Shown here: positions 1-8,806 of the stretch, piece after piece
How the letters are laid out: each line of letters starts with the position of its first letter
Position numbering within the stretch: the stretch's first letter is position 1
From: an uncultured Mycoplasmatota bacterium
GTDB taxonomy: Bacteria; Bacillota_I; Bacilli_A; RF39; UBA660
Direction of reading: 5' to 3'
DNA: 64,000 nucleotides
NCBI GenBank assembly: GCA_900542735.1
Contig: UQOS01000001.1
Coordinates: 50,865 to 114,864 of the forward strand
The notes under the pieces: generated by a model
Databases searched by the model: none
What the model was told of the DNA's origin: nothing
The model's input: only the letters and a program-made list of their open reading frames with translations
Made by a program: the position numbers and the translations under genes

Positions 1-1
1 C

Positions 2-136
2 CAGGTTTACTCTTTAGAAAGTAGCTTACTAGAACTAAAAAAGATGGGAATAAAAGAGTATCGTTTTGAATTTTTTGACGAAAATGGTAGTCAGGTAGAG
101 GACATTTTGAAAAAGTGGAAATCTTTACTTTCGTAA
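2..136 (+). CDS. C-terminal fragment of an upstream gene, unknown function (open from the window edge; ...LKKMGIKEYRFEFFDENGSQVEDILKKWKSLLS*)
   Basis: Reading frame is open from position 2 to the TAA at 134-136. No recognisable motif. Confidence 0.3.
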   Translation, partial: QVYSLESSLLELKKMGIKEYRFEFFDENGSQVEDILKKWKSLLS

Positions 137-155
137 ATAGGTAAATTATGCTAAA

Positions 156-707
156 ATGTTATTAAGGATTGGTGATATTATGAATAAGAAAAGTAGTAAT
201 GATAAAATTCCTGTAGTAAATTATTTTAAGTTAGCAGTTGTGATTATTATTACGGTGTTACTTACTTTTTTACTTAGAAATTGGTATATCAGTGGTCGTA
301 ATTATGAACTTAATATTCCTATTATTACGGAAACACTTATTAATCAAATTAATACTGATGAAGTTTATAATTATGTAAGAGAAAATGAAAATGCTATTCT
401 TTATGTTGGAGTAGTTAGTGATGAAAATTGCCGTAACTTTGAAAAAGAATTTAATAGTGTGATTCAAAAAAGAGGATTAGAAGATACCATTACTTATTTA
501 AATATTACGAAAGCAAATAATAAAAAGAAATTTATTAGTGAGTTTAATAAATTTTATGATACTAAATTATTAGGATATCCAAGTATTATTATTTTTGAGG
601 AGGGAAAGGTAAAAGCAATTCTTACTGTTAAGACAGGTAAAAGTCTTTCTATTGATGATGTAGAAAAGTTCTTAGATAGTAATAAAGTTGTTTCTACGAG
701 TTTATGA
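156..707 (+). CDS. Hypothetical membrane-anchored protein (N-terminal TM helix; possibly a thioredoxin-like fold without CxxC). Alternative ATG start at 180
   Basis: ORF of 183 aa with a hydrophobic N-terminal segment (VVNYFKLAVVIIITVLLTFLL). No catalytic motif recognised. Confidence 0.5.
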   Translation: MLLRIGDIMNKKSSNDKIPVVNYFKLAVVIIITVLLTFLLRNWYISGRNYELNIPIITETLINQINTDEVYNYVRENENAILYVGVVSDENCRNFEKEFNSVIQKRGLEDTITYLNITKANNKKKFISEFNKFYDTKLLGYPSIIIFEEGKVKAILTVKTGKSLSIDDVEKFLDSNKVVSTSL

Positions 708-1228
708 TAAATATCGTTTTATTTGAACCTGAGATTCCTCAGAATACAGGTAATATTATGAGAACTTGTGTAGCTACTGGTAGTAAATTACATCTTATTA
801 AACCTTTAGGTTTTGTGTTAGATGATGCCCATTTAAAAAGAAGTGGCGTGAATTATATTGATAAATTAGAGTATGAAGTATATGAAAACTTTGATGATTT
901 TAAAAGTAAAAATACAGGAGATTATTATTACTTTACAAGGTATGGTCATAAACCTCATACTAGCTTTGATTATTCTGATAGTAGTAGAAATATTTATTTA
1001 ATTTTTGGTAAAGAGTCTACTGGTATTCCTAAGAGTATTTTAAAAGATGATTTAGAGCATTGTATGAGAATACCAATGACAGCTAATGTTAGAGCTTTAA
1101 ATTTATCTAATTGTGTCGCTATTTGTACATATGAAGTATTAAGGCAACAGAATTATAATGATTTATTAAGAGATGAACCTATGGACGAGATGCATAAGGG
1201 AAATGATTTCTTGGAAAGAGAAGATTAA
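704..1228 (+). CDS. trmL: tRNA (cytidine/uridine-2'-O-)-methyltransferase TrmL (SpoU/TrmH family)
   Basis: N-terminal IVLFEPEIPQNTGNIMRTCVATGSKLHLIKPLGF is the classic TrmL/YibK SPOUT signature. Length 174 aa is typical. Confidence 0.85.
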   Translation: MINIVLFEPEIPQNTGNIMRTCVATGSKLHLIKPLGFVLDDAHLKRSGVNYIDKLEYEVYENFDDFKSKNTGDYYYFTRYGHKPHTSFDYSDSSRNIYLIFGKESTGIPKSILKDDLEHCMRIPMTANVRALNLSNCVAICTYEVLRQQNYNDLLRDEPMDEMHKGNDFLERED

Positions 1229-1405
1229 ATTTTTAAAAATTTACTTATTTTATGGATTTAGTTTAAATATGGGACTGATTTTAAAAATTCTATTAGGGAG
1301 AATTTAAAATTGGTCTTTTTTAGCGTCTGAATTTTTAATTTTGGCCATTTTACTTACTAGTTTTATTTTGATATAGTGCTAGTAGTTGCAACGAAAAGGA
1401 GGAAT

Positions 1406-2299
1406 ATGAAGAGTAAATTATTAGATGAATTAATTAGAACAAGAACGGTAATACCAGTTATTAGTGATACGATTTTTAAAAGATTAATGATGGAACATTT
1501 AGATTATTTAGGTTATATTCTTGAAAATATTATGCCTTTAACTCAGGAAGAAGTAATGAAAGGTGAATTTCTTATGAATGAGCTTCCTTCTAATCATTTA
1601 CATAGTAAGAGTAATCGATTAGATTTGGTTTTGAAAGTAAGGAATTATATTATTAATATTGAAGCTAATAAGAGTATTAACTTGCCATTATTAAATCGAA
1701 ATAGAACCCATTTTGCTGGTATTATATTTAAAAACTATTCTGATAAAGTTAGTGATATGGAGTATTTACATTATCAGGTTAATTTTAATGGTAAGAATTA
1801 TTTGAAAAATGAAGAAGTTATTGATTTAAAATATTATGATAAATATTTGAATGTTGGAGAAAAAAATTTCAGAAAAATTCATTTAAATCTAGAAAAAGTT
1901 AACTATAAGTATTATGATAAAGAAAAGATAAATAGATTTGAGAAGGCTCTACTTCTTTTGAAACTTACAAAAGAAGATGAAATTTTAGAGTTAGTGAAAG
2001 GAGATAGTTTATTGGAAAATGTAGCAAAAGATATTATTAGTTATTTTAGGGCTAGAGAAATTGTTGATGCATATGAAAATGAAATGATAGAGGAGAATTA
2101 TCGAAGACAATCTATAGAGTATGCTACTAAACAGGCTGTTAAAAGAGGTACCAAGAATGGTATCAAAGAAGGCATTAAAAAAGGTGTTTATCAAAATAAA
2201 AAGGATACGGCTTTATCTATGTTAAAAGATAAAATTCCTATTTTTCAAATAGCTAAGTATACTAATTTATCAGTTGATGAGATTAAAAAGTTAAGATAA
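1406..2299 (+). CDS. Rpn-family recombination-promoting nuclease / putative transposase (PD-(D/E)XK, transposase_31/YhgA-like)
   Basis: Strong RBS AAAGGAGG 7 nt before the ATG at 1406. The C-terminal tail (AVKRGTKNGIKEGIKKGVYQNKKDTALSMLKDKIPIFQIAKYTNLSVDEIKKL) is the characteristic repetitive G-I/E-K-G tail with a terminal LS-EI-KL motif seen in Rpn/DUF4351 proteins. Confidence 0.65.
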   Translation: MKSKLLDELIRTRTVIPVISDTIFKRLMMEHLDYLGYILENIMPLTQEEVMKGEFLMNELPSNHLHSKSNRLDLVLKVRNYIINIEANKSINLPLLNRNRTHFAGIIFKNYSDKVSDMEYLHYQVNFNGKNYLKNEEVIDLKYYDKYLNVGEKNFRKIHLNLEKVNYKYYDKEKINRFEKALLLLKLTKEDEILELVKGDSLLENVAKDIISYFRAREIVDAYENEMIEENYRRQSIEYATKQAVKRGTKNGIKEGIKKGVYQNKKDTALSMLKDKIPIFQIAKYTNLSVDEIKKLR

Positions 2300-2332
2300 A
2301 AAAGGTTACTATAAAAGGTAACTTTTTTTGGC
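2299..2332. terminator. Rho-independent terminator hairpin (AAAAGGTTAC-loop-GTAACTTTTT) followed by a T-tract
   Basis: A 10-bp stem with one G-U pair, an 8-nt loop and a TTTTTTT run immediately after the stop of the Rpn gene. Confidence 0.5.
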
Positions 2333-2402
2333 TTTAAATGCTTGTTTAATATGAAAAAAAATTATATAATTGGTTTGTAGAATACGATAGGAGATGAGCC
2401 TT

Positions 2403-4289
2403 ATGTCAAAGAAAAAAGTTATTATAGTTGGTAGTATATTATTAGTTGCTGTTATAGTAGCTTTATCTACTAGTTATGCTATGTTTCGTTTTAATGTTAC
2501 GAAAAATACTAATTTTAAACTAGCTTTAGGTACTTTAGAATTAACAATTAAAGATACTACTACGGAAGATAAATTTATATTAAATAATACTGTACCAACT
2601 AAAGATGATGTTGCTTTAGGAGAAGATGGGTATAAGTTTACTTTAACTAATACTGGTACTATTGATAGTTATTATAGTATTTACTTAGATGATATTTTAT
2701 TAAGTGATGCTGGTGAAAGATTAGATAATAGTTATATTCGTTTTAACTTATTAAATGAATCTAATAATCAGTCTAATACTAGTAGTCTAAGTAGTTATTC
2801 TAATGATAATAGATTAATCACGAATGGTTTTTTAAAAAAGGGAGAAAGTGTTACTTATATCTTAAGAATGTGGGTAAAATATGAAGCTGGTAATGAAGCA
2901 CAAAATAAGTATTTTGCTACCCAAATTAGAGTTGTTGGAACACAAGCTAATGCAGTTGGTTATCAAGAAGAAATTTTAAATGGAAGTTATCCAGTATTAA
3001 AAGATAATTTGGTACCAGTCGTAATATCAGATACAGGAGTAGTAACCAAAGCAGATATTAATAAAGAATGGTATAGTTATGAAAAAAAGAATTGGGCAAA
3101 TAGCGTTATCTTAAAAGATGAGAGTATTCAGTACCAAAATGGAGAAACAATACCCGAATCTAATATAGAATCCTATTTTGTATGGATACCAAAATATAGT
3201 TATCAATTATTTGATTTAGGAAATTACTCCAGTTTAACTTCTATTTCAGATAAAACACAGGAAATTAAGATTAAATTTGGAACAGATAATACAAGTGATA
3301 GTGTAAGTGGAGAATGCACAACACCATTTTCTAATAATCAAGGAATAGCTGGAAGTAGTGGAAACTGTAAAGTAGGAGATTATATGACGCACCCAGCTTT
3401 CCTAGCATTTGATACTTTAGGATTATGGGTAGGAAAATTTGAAACAGGATATGATGGAGCAACAACCACTACTGCAGCTCAAGTAAATAGTGTTGATACC
3501 AGTAAAATTATAATAAAACCAAATGTATATAGTTGGAGAAATATTACAGTAGGAAATGCATTCAAGAATAGTTACGACTACAAACGTGATTTAGATAGTC
3601 ATATGATGAAGAATACTGAATGGGGTTCAGTAGCTTATTTACAACATTCAAAATATGGAAGTCAGTCAAGTGTTAGAATTAATAATAATTCAAGTTATAT
3701 AACTGGCTATGCTGGAACAACAGAGCCAACTTTAGGTTATAACAATGGTATCAGTATAAATGGTAATAGAATAGAATCTACAACATTAGGTGTTGATGGA
3801 ACATATACAGTTAATTATTTAAATCAAAATTCAGTAGTAGCATCCACTACTAATAATTATAGTGGTATTTATGATATGAGTGGTGGAGCATGGGAATATG
3901 TAATGGGTTATACAACAGGTGCTGAAACATTAGGTAGTTCAAGTGGTATTACTAACTTATATTCTAATTTCTTTAGTGACAGTAGTTATTCAAAATATTG
4001 GGATAAATATACTTCAACTGTTATTACAGATTATAATAATAGAATACTTGGAGATGCAACAGGCGAGATGGGGCCATTTGGTATAGAAAAGGATCCAGAT
4101 GAAGTAATTAGAAATAAATCAAGTTGGTATAAAGATTTTTCTAATTTTTCTAATTCTATTTATTCATGGTTCGAAAGAAGTGGTAGTTGGTATAGTGGCA
4201 ATGTTTCAGGTGAATTTTCTTTTTATGGAAATAATGGCGATGTAGATGCAAGTTTTTCCTATCGCATTGTTCTCGTCCCAACCAAATAA
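2403..4289 (+). CDS. Secreted or surface protein with a TasA/camelysin-like (SipW-cognate type) N-terminal signal region and a Ser/Thr/Asn/Gly-rich body
   Basis: The N-terminus has a Lys-rich n-region, a hydrophobic core, then AMFRFNVTKNTNFKLALGTLELTI. This resembles the A-x-F-x-D/N...N-x-F-x-x-G-T-L-D/E-L signature of the TasA/CalY family. The ATG at 2403 has RBS GGAG 5-7 nt upstream; the ORF track start is at 2394. Confidence 0.55.
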   Translation: MSKKKVIIVGSILLVAVIVALSTSYAMFRFNVTKNTNFKLALGTLELTIKDTTTEDKFILNNTVPTKDDVALGEDGYKFTLTNTGTIDSYYSIYLDDILLSDAGERLDNSYIRFNLLNESNNQSNTSSLSSYSNDNRLITNGFLKKGESVTYILRMWVKYEAGNEAQNKYFATQIRVVGTQANAVGYQEEILNGSYPVLKDNLVPVVISDTGVVTKADINKEWYSYEKKNWANSVILKDESIQYQNGETIPESNIESYFVWIPKYSYQLFDLGNYSSLTSISDKTQEIKIKFGTDNTSDSVSGECTTPFSNNQGIAGSSGNCKVGDYMTHPAFLAFDTLGLWVGKFETGYDGATTTTAAQVNSVDTSKIIIKPNVYSWRNITVGNAFKNSYDYKRDLDSHMMKNTEWGSVAYLQHSKYGSQSSVRINNNSSYITGYAGTTEPTLGYNNGISINGNRIESTTLGVDGTYTVNYLNQNSVVASTTNNYSGIYDMSGGAWEYVMGYTTGAETLGSSSGITNLYSNFFSDSSYSKYWDKYTSTVITDYNNRILGDATGEMGPFGIEKDPDEVIRNKSSWYKDFSNFSNSIYSWFERSGSWYSGNVSGEFSFYGNNGDVDASFSYRIVLVPTK

Positions 4290-4290
4290 T

Positions 4291-4323
4291 AAGGATATCC
4301 AAATAAATGGATACCCTTTTTTC
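4291..4323. terminator. Rho-independent terminator (AAGGATATCC...GGATACCCTT stem plus a T6 run), possibly bidirectional
   Basis: Imperfect 10-bp stem followed by TTTTTTC directly after the 2403..4289 stop. Confidence 0.5.
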
Positions 4324-4763
4324 TATTCATTAGTATTATCTATTTTATCATTATTTGTTTTTGTACATTTGATTTCTATTTGCATATAACCTTTGTGATC
4401 ATCTATTGTTTCTGTTCTTACTTTTAGCAGTACACGATAATCATCTTCATAGTCTTTATCTGCTGATAATTCATATAATCTATTTCTTATTTCTAACATG
4501 TTTTTACTATATGTGTAGTCATCAGTTTCATCTTTTGTATTTGCCCATATAGCTGTAATATCTTTTATTTTTTTGTTTGGCTATTTTTTCTTCCATATAT
4601 ATTCCTCCATTTTATTATTACTTATTATATTTATGATTTTATTATCTTTATTGTTTATAATTTTCTTTAATTCATCAATAATATCTAAATCTGTATAGGT
4701 ATTTATAGTATTATCTGTTTTATTTTTATTGAAATTAGTTAATTCGTTTATATTTTTTTTCAT
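4323..4763 (-). pseudogene. Hypothetical ORF interrupted by a single in-frame TAG (a 60-aa ORF plus an 85-aa continuation in the same frame), immediately downstream of the RhuM-Doc gene
   Basis: Reverse-strand translation: MKKNINELTN...MEEYIWKKK-TAG-PNKKIKDITAIWANTKDETDDYTYSKNMLEIRNRLYELSADKDYEDDYRVLLKVRTETIDDHKGYMQIEIKCTKTNNDKIDNTNE*. Both parts share one frame. Confidence 0.3.
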
Positions 4764-4777
4764 AATAGTTCCTTTCT

Positions 4778-5722
4778 TTAATAATTACTTAGAATATTCA
4801 TGATTAAATCAATCATAATATTTTTTTCTTTTGGATTAGATTCTGCTATTAAAATTGTTAAAGCTGCTAGCGTATTGTTATCAATTACATCTTTATTTTC
4901 TATTGTTAAAATATTATAAAAGTGTAAGAAGTAGATAAACAGGGTAGCAGCAATTCTTTTATTGCCATCTATGAAAGCATGATTTTTAACAATTAAATAT
5001 AAAAAATTAGCCGCCTTTTCTTCAATTGTTGGATAAACATCTTCTCCATCAAATGACTGATAGATATTATTAATAATTGAATTTAATCCTTTATCTCTTT
5101 CAAGTGCAAATATATCACTTGTTTCATTAAATTTTAATAAATCAATTAAGTCAAGGCAATTTTGATAAGTAATCATTTTGTCTGATTTTCTGCCTTTTAT
5201 TTTTTCAAAGTTTCTATGATCATAATTATCTAAAATATCTAGTCCTTTTGAAAAATTATTGATTACATTTAATACTTCTTTGATATTTTCATCATTTGTT
5301 TCATGACTTCTTGTTGCAATATCGATAAGTTTTACTGTTTTTTCTAAATAGTCTAATCTCTTTTGATTAACTGCATAACCCTTTAACATGTAGTCTTTTA
5401 AAATATTGGTTGCCCATTTTCTAAAGATAATACCATTCTTAGACTTAACACGGTAACCAACTGATATAATCATATCTAAATTGTAATATTCAATTTGACG
5501 GGTTACTTCTCTATTCCCTTCTTTTTGAACTGTCGCAAAATTTGCGACAGTTGATTTATCCAATTCTTCTTTAAGTGCATTATTAATATGTTTTCCTATT
5601 GTTTTAATATCTCTGTCAAATAATTTAGCTATTTGTTCTCTATTTAACCAAACGGTTTCATCTTTAATATTTACTTCTAATTTTACATTTTGATTTTCAA
5701 AAATAATAATTTCATTTTTCAT
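4778..5722 (-). CDS. RhuM-family virulence protein fused to a Doc/Fic (death-on-curing) domain
   Basis: The N-terminal half (EDETVWLNREQIAKLFDRDIKTIGKHINN...YYNLDMIISVGYRVKSKNGIIFRKWATNILKDY) matches the RhuM family. The C-terminus carries the Fic/Doc motif HAFIDGNKRIAATLF (HxFx(D/N)GNKR). Confidence 0.75.
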   Translation of the reverse strand: MKNEIIIFENQNVKLEVNIKDETVWLNREQIAKLFDRDIKTIGKHINNALKEELDKSTVANFATVQKEGNREVTRQIEYYNLDMIISVGYRVKSKNGIIFRKWATNILKDYMLKGYAVNQKRLDYLEKTVKLIDIATRSHETNDENIKEVLNVINNFSKGLDILDNYDHRNFEKIKGRKSDKMITYQNCLDLIDLLKFNETSDIFALERDKGLNSIINNIYQSFDGEDVYPTIEEKAANFLYLIVKNHAFIDGNKRIAATLFIYFLHFYNILTIENKDVIDNNTLAALTILIAESNPKEKNIMIDLIMNILSNY

Positions 5723-6142
5723 TTTTCATTATTCCTCCATATATAAATTATTTTTGTTCTTGTATTTTTACTATGGAGTTTTCTTAAATTCTATAATATT
5801 AAAATATAGCTATTTATTTTAAAAATAGTTGTTTTGCTTTTATTAATTTTTTCCATAGTAAAAAATAATTATTCTTTTGTTCTACTAAAGCGTTATGTGT
5901 TGTTACTCTAGTCTCCTTATCTTTCGATAAGTCTTCTCCTTTCACATTATATTTTGCCCATTCTAAAAATCCTCGGTACATTACTTAATCTCTTCCTACT
6001 ATGGAAAGTTATGCCTTAATATCAATATATATTTTAACATAGTATTAACTAAATGCAAACTTATTTTGTAAAATATTTTTCTCTAAAATTAGTTGTATAT
6101 TTTTATGCATTAGTATATTCTAATATTAGAAAGGTGAGAGCT

Positions 6143-6562
6143 ATGAAAAAGAAATATTGGTTATTAGCACTTATTATACCTATCTTATTAGTTACAGGGT
6201 GTAGTGAAGAATCTACTACTAAGTCATTATCTTGTACAATGAAAGATGGTATAGAAGGAACTAGTACATATAGTAAAATGGACATTACATTTAGAGAAAA
6301 TGAAGCAGAAAGAATTTCTTTAAATATATCTATTGATTATAATAATGAATATAAAGACTATGTTGATACTTTTAAAGAAACACTAGAAACACAGAAGACT
6401 AATTTAGAAAAACTTGGTTATGATGTTAAAATTACTTCTAATAATTCGTCTATTAACTTGTTAGCAGTTGGTACTAATAAAACACTTGATGAAAGTGAAT
6501 ATAAAGGTACTTATGATGCTACAAAGAAATCTCTTGAAGATAGTGGTTATACTTGTAAATAA
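6143..6562 (+). CDS. Lipoprotein of unknown function
   Basis: MKKKYWLLALIIPILLVTGCSEE is a type II signal peptide with lipobox LVTGC. RBS AAAGGTGAG upstream of the ATG at 6143. Confidence 0.6.
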   Translation: MKKKYWLLALIIPILLVTGCSEESTTKSLSCTMKDGIEGTSTYSKMDITFRENEAERISLNISIDYNNEYKDYVDTFKETLETQKTNLEKLGYDVKITSNNSSINLLAVGTNKTLDESEYKGTYDATKKSLEDSGYTCK

Positions 6563-6597
6563 AAGAAGATATTCACAAAACTGTGGATATCTTCTTT
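6563..6597. terminator. Bidirectional rho-independent terminator between the convergent lipoprotein (+) and HIT (-) genes
   Basis: AAAAGAAGATAT-(14 nt loop)-ATATCTTCTTTT is a perfect 10-bp stem flanked by A/T runs on both sides. Confidence 0.6.
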
Positions 6598-6599
6598 TA

Positions 6600-6989
6600 T
6601 TATTTCATAATTTCTTGATAAATTTCGTCAGTATCTTTTAGACTTTCTTGGTTAAAATTAATATTCCAATTATCATCTTCATATCTTGGAATTAAATGAA
6701 CATGATAATGTTTTACTTCTTGACCTAATTCATTATTTTGAACAATTGTTAATCCTTTTATATTTAACTTTTCTTTTAATAAATCATATATCTTTTTTTC
6801 TACTTCTAAAATGTGAGTAGTAAGAATACTATCAACTTCTTTTACTGTTACAATATGTTTTTTAGGAATAATTAGACAATGTCCGTTTGTGTTAGGATTA
6901 ATATCTAAAAATACCTTTACTAACTCATCTTCATAAATTGTTTTACTAGGAATACTTCCTTCTATAATCTTACAAAATAAACAATCCAT
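6600..6989 (-). CDS. HIT (histidine triad) family nucleotide hydrolase
   Basis: HVHLIP histidine-triad motif (HYHVHLIPR), N-terminal CLFCKI motif and 129 aa length are typical of Hint/HIT proteins. Confidence 0.85.
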   Translation of the reverse strand: MDCLFCKIIEGSIPSKTIYEDELVKVFLDINPNTNGHCLIIPKKHIVTVKEVDSILTTHILEVEKKIYDLLKEKLNIKGLTIVQNNELGQEVKHYHVHLIPRYEDDNWNINFNQESLKDTDEIYQEIMK

Positions 6990-7309
6990 CTTTTCATCTC
7001 CTTAGATTTATTTTATCATACAAAAAGAAAATGTGGTCTACATTTTCTTATGTGGTTTGTGAATATTTGCGGATATTCTAGTTATATATTGTCTATTTTT
7101 TACTTACTTTATGCAAAAAAATGTAAACTTACAAAATACGACACACCTATTTACATTTTTTACTTATTTTTTCTGTTATCATGCTACAGTTTTTATTTTT
7201 TACTTTTAATTGATAAAAAAATTAATTTAAATTTGCTTTATACTTATTATAATCTATTTTCAATATTTAAAAATCGTGTTAGAATAAGGACTAGAAAAAG
7301 GTGATAGAA

Positions 7310-8074
7310 ATGAATTTTTTAATTGATCATATCAATGTTATTAGTAAAGATAAAAAGGAAATCTTAAAAGACTTCTCTTTAGAAATTGGTAAAGGAGAAA
7401 TCCATGTTATTATGGGACCTAATGGTACTGGTAAAAGTACATTATCGAAAGTAATTATGGGAAGTCGTGATTATATTGTTTCTAGTGGTGATATGTTAGT
7501 AGATGGTGATAGTATCTTATCTTTAGATACTACAGAAAGAAGTAGAAAAGGAATCTTTTTAGCTATGCAGTCACCACTTAGTATTGATGGTGTTACCAAT
7601 AGTGAGTTTTTAAGAACTGCTTTATCTAGTAAACTAGGAAAAAATGTTGGTATTTATGAATTTATGAAGTCAATGGAACAAGCTATGTCTGATTTAAAAA
7701 TGAATCCTAATATGATGCATCGTTCTATTAATCAAGACTTTTCTGGTGGTGAAAGAAAGAAAAACGAAATCTTACAGATGAAAGTTTTAAAACCTAATTT
7801 TATTATTTTAGATGAACTTGATTCAGGATTAGATGTTGATAGCTTAAAAATTGTGTGTGATAATATTAACGATTATTTAAAAGAAAATCCTGATACTTCT
7901 GTTTTAATTATTACTCATTATACTAGAATTTTAGAATACATTAAGCCAGATTTTGTTCATGTTATTCATAGTGGTAAAATTGTGAAAACGGGAGATTATC
8001 GTTTAGCACAGGAAATCGAAAAAAATGGTTTTAGTTGTGTGAATGATATGAGTGGTGAAGATAATCATGAATAA
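7310..8074 (+). CDS. sufC: Fe-S cluster assembly ATPase SufC
   Basis: Walker A GPNGTGKST, ABC signature FSGGERKKNEI, Walker B ILDELDSGLD. RBS AAGGTGA 6 nt upstream of the ATG at 7310. First gene of a suf operon. Confidence 0.9.
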   Translation: MNFLIDHINVISKDKKEILKDFSLEIGKGEIHVIMGPNGTGKSTLSKVIMGSRDYIVSSGDMLVDGDSILSLDTTERSRKGIFLAMQSPLSIDGVTNSEFLRTALSSKLGKNVGIYEFMKSMEQAMSDLKMNPNMMHRSINQDFSGGERKKNEILQMKVLKPNFIILDELDSGLDVDSLKIVCDNINDYLKENPDTSVLIITHYTRILEYIKPDFVHVIHSGKIVKTGDYRLAQEIEKNGFSCVNDMSGEDNHE

Positions 8075-8804
8075 GATATTAATGAGTAGTCCAGAAAAAA
8101 CAAGTATTATAAATGATGGTAAATATCGTTTTTCAGAAGATACTACTCTTACTTTAGAAGTAGAAGATTTTAGTAAAGATATTTTTCTTTCTGTTACTAG
8201 TCATAAAAAAGTAGTATTCAATTTATTTAGTAAAAATTCTACTCTTAATTTTCATATTCAAATTTTAAAAGGAGCAGAATTTGTATTTAATTATTTTTCT
8301 ATTAATGGCAGTAATACAATTACTACGAATCTTTTAGAAGATGAAAGTAAATTTTATTTAAATTATAGTGTACTAAATGATGATAATAGTAATAATAAGA
8401 TTACCGTTTATCATGATGCTTCTAAAACAGAAGCTTATCTAAAAAATCATGGTTTTAGTAGTGGAGGTGCTAAACTAGTTTTTGATGTATCTAGTTATAT
8501 TCCAAAAGAAGCAAGTAGTTGTATCAGTAGACAAGATAACCAGATATTAGAAAATAGTCAAAGTTTTTCACAAATTAATCCTAATTTATATATTGAAAAC
8601 TATGATGTAGAAGCAAGTCATTCTGCTTATATTGGAAAGTTTAAAGAAGATGAGTTATTCTATTTAATGAGTAGAGGACTTAAAATAGAAGAAGCAAAAC
8701 TTTTACTTTTACAGGCTTTTTTGATGGGAAGTTTACATATAGATGATGAAAGACTAGAAAAATATCAAGGAGAGATTAAAAAATATTTTATTAGGGAGGT
8801 GTAA
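8067..8804 (+). CDS. sufD: Fe-S cluster assembly protein SufD (short form)
   Basis: C-terminal FYLMSRGLKIEEAKLLLLQAFL is the conserved SufB/SufD C-terminal motif. Position is between sufC and sufS. The start ATGAATAA overlaps the sufC stop. Confidence 0.7.
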   Translation: MNKILMSSPEKTSIINDGKYRFSEDTTLTLEVEDFSKDIFLSVTSHKKVVFNLFSKNSTLNFHIQILKGAEFVFNYFSINGSNTITTNLLEDESKFYLNYSVLNDDNSNNKITVYHDASKTEAYLKNHGFSSGGAKLVFDVSSYIPKEASSCISRQDNQILENSQSFSQINPNLYIENYDVEASHSAYIGKFKEDELFYLMSRGLKIEEAKLLLLQAFLMGSLHIDDERLEKYQGEIKKYFIREV

Positions 8805-8806
8805 AT

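Noticed and set aside
270-467. Short antisense ORFs inside annotated genes (270..467-, 2009..2194-, 6103..6285-, 10293..10499-, 25320..25592-, 26918..27127-, 28596..28853-, 28944..29207-, 33552..33794-, 34014..34244-, 36145..36366-, 37277..37582-, 44398..44586-, 44843..45091-, 47032..47289-, 53690..54028-, 55158..55358-, 56826..57143-, 58104..58403-, 60584..60856-, 63424..63639-, 54845..55075+)
   Set aside because: All lie within, mostly antisense to, longer well-supported genes. They have low-complexity composition typical of AT-rich shadow ORFs.
7050-7304. 84-aa ORF in the sufC upstream region
   Set aside because: Extremely low-complexity (F/L/Y-rich) translation of an AT-rich promoter region containing direct repeats. 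No RBS. It overlaps the likely suf promoter, so it is treated as regulatory DNA rather than a gene.
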